From a virus (lineage: Duplodnaviria > Caudoviricetes), in the IMG/VR virus record IMGVR_UViG_3300013767_000214, positions 1-35,387 of that record: a stretch of 35,387 bases of DNA, one strand, 5' to 3'. Under the pieces are notes generated by a model. That model was not told the origin of the DNA. It saw only the letters and a list, made by a program, of their open reading frames with translations, and did no database searches. The position numbers and the translations under genes are program-made. Below are positions 26,320 through 32,807 of the stretch, one piece after another (positions within the stretch are counted from its first letter, which is position 1; each line of letters opens with the position of its first letter).

Positions 26320-26937
26320 TTAGAACTCCACCTTTTCAGTGAGAGACAGTTTAGACTTGATACTACCAACAGGGATCATTGCACCAATACCAGCTTGCAT
26401 TGTGTCAATACGAACCGTCGTCACATAGATATTAGGAAACTTGAGACGAATCACCACATTACCTTTGGTATCGGTATAGATTTCCGGGGACATATTCCCA
26501 AAAACAGCCTTATTCAAAACTGCCCGTTGAGGCGAATAGCAATAACCGACGACAGTTTCATCGACAATCGTAGCGCTACCATAGCTATAACCGCGAATAT
26601 TGAACCAGAACATCTGTTCATGCGTATTGATATTCACAGGCAGCTTGAAGTGCATATAAACATTTGCCGAGGTTCCGAGATCAACCTCTGAAAAACCTCC
26701 TGACGCTCCGGCATTTTGCGGGCCGCCGGTACCCCATACACCGCCTTGAAACACGTTCATGAGGACCGTGCCCTGCTCACCGATCACGCCGACCATGTCT
26801 TTTTTGTTTCGGAAGTCATCGAACTCGGCCCGCGCTACATTCATCCTGTCATCGATTTGCGCGATTTTCCCGTTGACAACCTTTGTCAGGCTATCCGCTG
26901 CCGTGACAAGATCATCAATCTTCTGCTCAATACCCAT
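26320..26937 (-). CDS. Putative receptor-binding/distal fibre protein of module 1 (205 aa)
   Basis: N-terminal coiled coil (IEQKIDDLVTAADSLTKVVNGKIAQID) plus beta-rich C-domain; lower GC; between fibre adaptor and chaperone. Confidence 0.65.
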   Translation of the reverse strand: MGIEQKIDDLVTAADSLTKVVNGKIAQIDDRMNVARAEFDDFRNKKDMVGVIGEQGTVLMNVFQGGVWGTGGPQNAGASGGFSEVDLGTSANVYMHFKLPVNINTHEQMFWFNIRGYSYGSATIVDETVVGYCYSPQRAVLNKAVFGNMSPEIYTDTKGNVVIRLKFPNIYVTTVRIDTMQAGIGAMIPVGSIKSKLSLTEKVEF

Positions 26938-27089
26938 GTTACCCCCTACATTATTAATTCGACTTGCCCTGGTATTGCACACCAGGACCCAAAATTGACC
27001 AACACCAGCGTGTTTCCCCTATTGCATAGAGAGATGCCAGCCGGTGACAAAACTTAAAACACCAACATGCCGGAGCACCCACGCCCCGC

Positions 27090-27620
27090 TTACTTGCTTT
27101 CAAGTTCCATAACACGAAACAAGACGCCCAGGTGTCTCGCCATATTGTTGATATTGGCCGTCGCGACCGTGGCAAACTCCTCGGTCAATAGCACGTTGAG
27201 GTTTTCAGAACCGACAACCACCTTCACGCTATCCGCTGGTAGCGACGAAATATCGAGGGTGAATTTTTGCAGTACACGGGCAGCGCCGGCCTTGTAGGTC
27301 AGCAGCTTTCCTGCCACCGAATAAACAGCCAGCAACGTACCGCTGGCGAGATAGAAACCAAACTCGCCAATCTCGTATTCATCCGGACCGCTGAACAGCG
27401 CGGCCATGCGCAGTTGTCGGGAGCCCAGGTCCTCATAGTCAACAATCGCCACCCGTTGCCGCTCGTCGCGAAGGGCCGTTTCCGAGCCGTTCGGGTCATA
27501 GCGGGCGGTGCCGGCGCCAATATGGGTAATCTCACCTTTCAAGCCTTGGTTCTTTGCCCGCAACACTTCATCCAGACCGGCGGAAGTGAAGCGAACCAAA
27601 CGCGTAATGTCTTCTGTCAT
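27090..27620 (-). CDS. Short tail-fibre N-terminal/adaptor protein (gpH N-terminal-like, 176 aa)
   Basis: FT.AGL, ITHIGAG, ETAL.DE..R, IGEFGFYL.SGTLLAVYS; follows gpI. Confidence 0.8.
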   Translation of the reverse strand: MTEDITRLVRFTSAGLDEVLRAKNQGLKGEITHIGAGTARYDPNGSETALRDERQRVAIVDYEDLGSRQLRMAALFSGPDEYEIGEFGFYLASGTLLAVYSVAGKLLTYKAGAARVLQKFTLDISSLPADSVKVVVGSENLNVLLTEEFATVATANINNMARHLGVLFRVMELESK

Positions 27621-27690
27621 AGCTACGCCCTGAGGTCGTAATCGTTAATGGTGTAGTGCTGGGACACCCCAGCACCCTTGAGCCGAGCCC

Positions 27691-28350
27691 TTAGGCCAAA
27701 TTCGGGAGTGCCCCAGAAAGAATCAGTTCACCCTCGGAAAGCGGCGTGTGCGCCGCGCTGGCAGCTACAAGCGAGCCGCGTAGCCTCACGTCAGGCAACG
27801 CACTCGACTGGCTGTCATCGCCGATACACAGGCTCGGGTCGGCCCCTGCCGAGACCCGCAGGCCACCACTCGTTTCGTGAACGATGGTGATGGTTGCCTC
27901 GTCTCGCTCGCTCTTGGCCGCATCAATGCGCCGTATCAAGCGATTGTGATCGCCGCTCGACCAGCTCCGACCGATGATCGCCTGCACGTCGAAGGTGTAG
28001 GGATTACCGAGAGGTCTCTGCTCGTACCAGGCAGAGATATTCGGTGTGAAACCCAGCGATTCGACGGCATGACTCAACGCTTTATTGGTTCCGGCCTGCC
28101 GTTGGATCTGCCAGGACAGCGAGACGGTCAGGCGCTTCTCTGGCTCGCTGGCGCCCGCGTCCCATTCGCTGACACCGCGATCCGCTGCGAGATATGGCAA
28201 GAACGCTGCCGGCGTGTTGGCTGGGCTCATCAGTTCAGGGAATGGCGGGGCAATGCGATCGAGCAACTGGCCGAAACCGAGATCGAGTGCTTTTTCCAGA
28301 GGCGAGCTGTTCGTCGGTAACAAGCTCGGACGAGGGGGTTGATCACTCAT
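27691..28350 (-). CDS. P2 gpI-like baseplate/tail protein (C-terminus possibly frameshifted)
   Basis: SLLP.NSSPLE.AL, P..FLPYLA.DRGV.EW, GT..AL..A.ESLG. Confidence 0.88.
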   Translation of the reverse strand: MSDQPPRPSLLPTNSSPLEKALDLGFGQLLDRIAPPFPELMSPANTPAAFLPYLAADRGVSEWDAGASEPEKRLTVSLSWQIQRQAGTNKALSHAVESLGFTPNISAWYEQRPLGNPYTFDVQAIIGRSWSSGDHNRLIRRIDAAKSERDEATITIVHETSGGLRVSAGADPSLCIGDDSQSSALPDVRLRGSLVAASAAHTPLSEGELILSGALPNLA

Positions 28351-29342
28351 AGCGTGAGTACCTCAACCTCGACGCCCATACAGTACGGGGCCTGAAAGGC
28401 CGTGGTCACGATGGGCGCCACTGGCTCGAGGATCTCCAGTTGTACCGCGCCGGCGGTATGTATCGTGTAGTCGATCCAGCTCGGGTCCACCCGCCCTTCC
28501 AATCGATGACAAGCATCAGCATAGGCCTGTAGCTGTTTTTGCGCGGCGACCTTTGTCAGCCCCGAATCCGGTCCGGCATTGATCTTCGCGACCACCCGGA
28601 TCTTGTAGCGTTTGATTTCGGCCCCCTGCACCATGACGCGATCCGTTTCCGGCTTCACATCAGGGCGAGCAAAATGACGGCGAACACCATCCAGTAGATC
28701 GTCGGATGGCGTGCCATCACCCTCTCGAGAAAGCACAGTAACCTGCACCCTGCCGGGTGACATACGGCGCGCGTTGCCATCCTTGACCTGTGCCGCATAG
28801 CCATCCGGATCAAAGCTGTAGGTCACCGTCACCACGCCCGGAGCCGTGGTTTCCACCTTCACCGCAGGCCGTTCGCCCAAGGTGAACACCTCGCGGCGAT
28901 ACTGCATCCGCGAACCGGCGGCCGGCGCATGGGGCGCCAGGTAGTAACGCAGCCGGGCATCATCGTCGCTTTCGTAAGTGGGTTGGATCGGCGGGAATGC
29001 CGCAGGGTCTCCCGGGTCCAGCAGTTGGCGCTCGAGCCCCATGTCCGCCAGGCGTGCATCCAGGTTGCTGCCGGTCGCCCACCAGGCCAGCATCTGCTTG
29101 ATGCGGGCGTTGTATTTGCGCTCGTGGGTTTGCAGACGCACACAAAAAGCCTCGAGGGCCAGGGTCAGCAGCTCGCTTTCGTTGTCGAGACTGACTTGCA
29201 GCTTGGCCGCATTTTCCGGCGAGCGGGCAGCAACGTAGTCGACGACGAAGGCCTTGAACTCTGCAAGCAGTGTCTCGAACGTCTCGACCGTGACAATCGC
29301 CGGTTCCGCCAACTGGTTTTGACCGGGTATCAGCATGCTCAT
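28347..29342 (-). CDS. P2 gpJ-like baseplate protein
   Basis: ATGSNLD, ESDD..R.R, AAGS..QY, PG.V.VTVLSR.GDG, DVKP.TD.V.V. Confidence 0.92.
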   Translation of the reverse strand: MSMLIPGQNQLAEPAIVTVETFETLLAEFKAFVVDYVAARSPENAAKLQVSLDNESELLTLALEAFCVRLQTHERKYNARIKQMLAWWATGSNLDARLADMGLERQLLDPGDPAAFPPIQPTYESDDDARLRYYLAPHAPAAGSRMQYRREVFTLGERPAVKVETTAPGVVTVTYSFDPDGYAAQVKDGNARRMSPGRVQVTVLSREGDGTPSDDLLDGVRRHFARPDVKPETDRVMVQGAEIKRYKIRVVAKINAGPDSGLTKVAAQKQLQAYADACHRLEGRVDPSWIDYTIHTAGAVQLEILEPVAPIVTTAFQAPYCMGVEVEVLTL

Positions 29343-29671
29343 GTCACGACCTCAAATGTCTGTTTACGGTTTTTCCAGGTGCCAGCGAAGCGCAACAACA
29401 GCCCCGCACCTCGACGACTGGCGACAATGACCTCAGGCTCAAAATCACCAATGCCGTTCTCCTTGTTGTAAAACGCCTGTGCTGCATGGCTCTGCGCAAG
29501 GATCAACACGTCATCGCCGACGTTCTGCCCCAGTAAGCCTGGGACCAGCGATCCATACAGCGGGCGCTTTTGACGAGTGCCCAGCGGCGTGGTCAACGCG
29601 CGGGTTGCGCGCTGCACAAACTGGAGCCAGTCGTCGACCGCGGCCCCGGTGTTTCTATCGACTCCAATCAT
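29339..29671 (-). CDS. P2 gpW/gp25-like baseplate protein
   Basis: G.DR.TG, LTTPLGTR..RP.YGS. Confidence 0.9.
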   Translation of the reverse strand: MIGVDRNTGAAVDDWLQFVQRATRALTTPLGTRQKRPLYGSLVPGLLGQNVGDDVLILAQSHAAQAFYNKENGIGDFEPEVIVASRRGAGLLLRFAGTWKNRKQTFEVVT

Positions 29672-29682
29672 GGGAAGTCCCC

Positions 29683-30294
29683 CTATGCGGTACTGATGAC
29701 TCGTCCCTGGTGATCCACCACAGGGCCGAGGAAATGCACGCCGGAGGCGTCGAGCACCAAGCCGACCGCGCCCAGCTTCAACTCGATGGCCTGCGGGGTC
29801 AGCGCCAGCCGGGCCGGACCGACCGTCAACTCGACCGACTCCCGCGAGCCCTTGAACGCCGTCTGTCCGTTGCTCCAGCTCAGGACATGGCTGGCATCGT
29901 CGTAGCTGCTTTCGGTGCCGTCCTTGTGCAGGCGGCGTGTCAGCGTGGACACCGTCGAAGCCGGGGGGAACCGGTTGCAGTTCAGGCCGAACAACGCGAC
30001 CGACTGCCCGCCGCTGTCACCGCTACCGTAGTTCAGCAGCAAGCACTGTTCACCCACCGAAGGGATGCGCGACTCGCTCTGTTCGCCAGCGCTGGGGTTG
30101 AAGAACCTGATCGCCGGCGTCAGCAGCTCCCCATGGCTGACCTTGCAGGTGTTGCTGGCCGCATCGACCGCCACGCACACGCCGATGCGGCAGAAGCTGT
30201 CGGCGCGTCGGTGCAGATCGTCGAACTCGGTCTCCATCTCGGCCAGGCGCTCGATAATCGGGCCCAGCTGCATACGCAGGAACTGGTCAAACAT
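29683..30294 (-). CDS. P2 gpV-like baseplate spike
   Basis: RIG....VD, PSVGEQC.LL..G, DGT...YD...H.L; ATG overlaps the upstream stop. Confidence 0.88.
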   Translation of the reverse strand: MFDQFLRMQLGPIIERLAEMETEFDDLHRRADSFCRIGVCVAVDAASNTCKVSHGELLTPAIRFFNPSAGEQSESRIPSVGEQCLLLNYGSGDSGGQSVALFGLNCNRFPPASTVSTLTRRLHKDGTESSYDDASHVLSWSNGQTAFKGSRESVELTVGPARLALTPQAIELKLGAVGLVLDASGVHFLGPVVDHQGRVISTA

Positions 30295-30826
30295 GGGGCC
30301 AGCCCTCGAGTGTCTGGTATTGATCCGGGTCGTCGATGTTCGAGACCTCCCAGGTGCAGGCGAACTTCGGTGTCCCGGTCGGGTCATCGAGCAGTGGCTG
30401 ACCTAAGTACAGAGTCTGGGTGAACGAAACCGTCCACGCGTCGTACGTCTGCTCGCCGCGGATCAGCGTCGACGGCACCGCTTCGATGCTCATCGGCAGG
30501 TCGCACTGCCCTCCCGGTAACCACCAACGGTTATCCGTGGCGAGATCCTTCAACGCGCTGGCCAGGTCGCAAGCCTCCAGCCCCGAATTCGCTCGCGCCC
30601 GGGACACCACGACTTGCAGCGAAATGGTCAGGACATGAGCTTTACGCCCATCCTTGCCACGGATGCCGGGGGCATCGCGTTCGATCGCGATCAGGATCCA
30701 GGCCTGATCGACTACTCCGTCGAAGTCCTGGTGACTCCCGACCTTCAGGTCTGGATAAGCCATCCGCAGCGCCTCGGCGATAGCGAAAAACAACTCCGAG
30801 GGCTTCTCGATAACTTTTGGGGACAT
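30287..30826 (-). CDS. Hypothetical tail protein, first gene of module 1 (tail completion-like)
   Basis: Position between holin and gpV; DNRW.LP..QCD.P, W.VSF.QTLYLG. Confidence 0.7.
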   Translation of the reverse strand: MSPKVIEKPSELFFAIAEALRMAYPDLKVGSHQDFDGVVDQAWILIAIERDAPGIRGKDGRKAHVLTISLQVVVSRARANSGLEACDLASALKDLATDNRWWLPGGQCDLPMSIEAVPSTLIRGEQTYDAWTVSFTQTLYLGQPLLDDPTGTPKFACTWEVSNIDDPDQYQTLEGWPHV

Positions 30827-31005
30827 AAGCGGTTTTCCTGTTCAGGTATCACTGCGCCAGATCACCACCGGACGCTGCGGCGCCGGTATGCGCACTATCC
30901 GTGGAGCCGCCATGGGTGCCGAACTGACGCACCCCGTCGGCCAGCTCCTGGCCACGTAGAAACTCACCGCGCGGCTCAGATGGCGCGGTCGAATTTGATG
31001 AAGAC

Positions 31006-31356
31006 TTACTGCTGATCCGGGTTGGAGCTACGTGGAGTCGGGTCATCTAACCCGATCCGCTTGGCCGCCCAGCGCTCGTAAAGTCCGATGGCCACATCGG
31101 CGCCCGCCATCGCGGTGAGACAGCCGAAAGCGCCGGCGGTCCAGATCGATACGCCAGCGGCGTACAACAGCATGATGGTCGAGACCCCGCAGATCACGCA
31201 GGCCCCGGAGCGCAGGGCCAGACGCCGCGCCAGCAACCAGCCGCGGGCGCCCTCCTTGTCGGCGCGCCACATCTCGCCGGACACGCCGCCCACCAGGGCG
31301 AGGACGATGACAAGCCAGATAGGCATGTCCAGCAACGCTTGCTGCTCGTTTGTCAT
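31006..31356 (-). CDS. Holin
   Basis: 116 aa with several hydrophobic segments; strong AGGAGGAG RBS; first gene after the repressor, as in R-pyocin loci. Confidence 0.9.
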   Translation of the reverse strand: MTNEQQALLDMPIWLVIVLALVGGVSGEMWRADKEGARGWLLARRLALRSGACVICGVSTIMLLYAAGVSIWTAGAFGCLTAMAGADVAIGLYERWAAKRIGLDDPTPRSSNPDQQ

Positions 31357-31467
31357 GTCACTCCTCCTGAGTGGAAAAAGGCCAGTGAACTGGCCGGGTA
31401 AGAAATCGGTTTGGCTTGTGCATCAATCGTGCATATCTCTGGATGACCCACGGGAGGTAGGCATTCC

Positions 31468-31492
31468 AAAAAGCCCGGTCGCCCGGGCTTTT
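31468..31492 (-). terminator. Intrinsic terminator in the leader upstream of the holin
   Basis: AAAAGCCCGG-gcga-CCGGGC-TTTTT, extendable by GCATT/AATGC. Confidence 0.75.
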
Positions 31493-31673
31493 CAGTAATG
31501 CTGTCCTTGATCTTTCGGCGCTACTGGCGCGGTACGGATCCATTTAAATTGTTCCTCCGACCGCGACCCTGTCCGCCGGATAACTGCTTCTGGTGCTTTA
31601 CGCTGCACACCCGGGTCAGTTGCCAACCCTCTGAACCGTTGAGGCCGGTTCATCGCTGCCTTTGCTGTACCAC

Positions 31674-31682
31674 TAAAGAGCG
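31674..31682 (-). promoter_or_regulatory. boxA-like Nus-factor site
   Basis: CGCTCTTTA about 30 nt downstream of the predicted TSS; matches the lambdoid/rrn boxA core. Confidence 0.45.
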
Positions 31683-31716
31683 GTGTTGCTCGCCGTTGTT
31701 GAGCGGCTTGAGACGA

Positions 31717-31745
31717 ATAATATGCATCAATGCATATGCAGTCAA
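31717..31745 (-). promoter_or_regulatory. Sigma70 promoter of the tailocin operon
   Basis: TTGACT-17 nt-TATTAT (-35 at 31740-31745, -10 at 31717-31722). Confidence 0.75.
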
Positions 31746-31789
31746 TGCAAAAATGCATTTATTTATGCACGACAAATGCACGGACGCAT
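31722..31789. promoter_or_regulatory. Three ATGC-N6-GCAT palindromes (putative repressor operators)
   Basis: 31722-31735, 31745-31758, 31776-31789, overlapping or flanking the promoter. Confidence 0.65.
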
Positions 31790-31831
31790 GAGATCCGCAT
31801 AGATAAAGGCTTTGAGGGTTTTCAGCAGGCG

Positions 31832-31859
31832 AAAAAAAACCCGCTCAATGGCGGGTTTT
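31832..31859 (-). terminator. Terminator of the repressor gene
   Basis: AAAACCCGC-cattga-GCGGG-T8 just after the stop codon. Confidence 0.85.
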
Positions 31860-31876
31860 ATCTGACAGCGACGAAA

Positions 31877-32611
31877 TCAGCGGGCGTACATGCCCCACCA
31901 GAAGACGTGACCGAGAATGGTGATCTGCTCTTCCTGGATTTCCTGGAAGCTGTAGTCTTCGTCCGGATGCTCGTCGCGGTTGAAGCTGCGCAGACGGATA
32001 CCGGTAGGCAGGCGGTAGAGTTGTTTCACCCGCAGCTGGCCGTTGTGGTTGATCGCATACAGGTCGCCATCGACGATGTCGCCAATTGCGCATTTACCGG
32101 CATTGACCCCCACCGTGGCGCCGTCGCGCAGCACCGGCAGCATGCTGTTGCCGCGCACGGTGACGCACTTGGCCTGATCGAACTGCACGCCATTGTGACG
32201 CAGGCTGCGCTTGCCAAAGCGCAGGCTTGAGCGCTCGCTCTCTTCGATGACGAATCTTCCTGATCCAGCAGCCAATTCAACCTCACGAAGAAAAGGGACC
32301 GACACCTCGTCGTCATCGACAGGTGTATCGTCGTCCCACAGGCTTATGTCCTTGAGTTCCGAGTGAACCTCGTCGCGGGCAGACGTCTTGGCCAGCGCGA
32401 CATCCGCGCGCCCGCGCAATTGATCGGTGCTCACCTGGAAATACTCGGCGATACGCGAGATGTGCTTATCCGAAGGATCGACGATCTTGCCGCTGAGAAT
32501 CCGCGAGAGAGTGGATTGAGGCACGCCGGTTCGACGGTGAAGCTCCGTAGGGGAGATCCCGTTGCGATCCAGCAGCTCTCTTAAGACGGTAGAAACATTG
32601 CGCTTTTGCAT
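31877..32611 (-). CDS. prtR: PrtR-like CI/LexA-family repressor (XRE HTH + S24 peptidase)
   Basis: HTH (ELHRRTGVPQSTLSRI), Ala-Gly cleavage site ELAAGSG, catalytic GNSM and RVKQL. Confidence 0.92.
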   Translation of the reverse strand: MQKRNVSTVLRELLDRNGISPTELHRRTGVPQSTLSRILSGKIVDPSDKHISRIAEYFQVSTDQLRGRADVALAKTSARDEVHSELKDISLWDDDTPVDDDEVSVPFLREVELAAGSGRFVIEESERSSLRFGKRSLRHNGVQFDQAKCVTVRGNSMLPVLRDGATVGVNAGKCAIGDIVDGDLYAINHNGQLRVKQLYRLPTGIRLRSFNRDEHPDEDYSFQEIQEEQITILGHVFWWGMYAR

Positions 32612-32647
32612 AACGCGCATATTGCTCGTTCTCTTTGCGGATGACAA

Positions 32648-32661
32648 ATGCTTATTTGCAT
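32648..32661. promoter_or_regulatory. ATGC-N6-GCAT operator upstream of prtR (autoregulation)
   Basis: GACAA-ATGCTTATTTGCAT; same GACAA flank as the 31776 site. Confidence 0.55.
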
Positions 32662-32807
32662 AATTAATGCATAGCTCTCCTAAGTAGCGGGGCTTTCATC
32701 CCTGCGGAGGCCAGACTGCCCATGGTAACCTTGCGCCCATCGCGGAAAAGCCGGGCTGATGCCCCTCCTTTGCCCCACACCTTTCAACGAATTTGCCTAA
32801 CTATCCG

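Noticed and set aside
31358-31791. Short ORFs (61-97 aa) as a PrtN-like activator or bacteriocin cargo
   Set aside because: They run across the promoter, operators and terminator, lack clear RBS or motifs; a small leader peptide cannot be fully excluded
82-32611. Intact prophage
   Set aside because: No capsid, portal, terminase, integrase or replication genes; the repressor-holin-tail-lysin layout beside mutS is a tailocin locus
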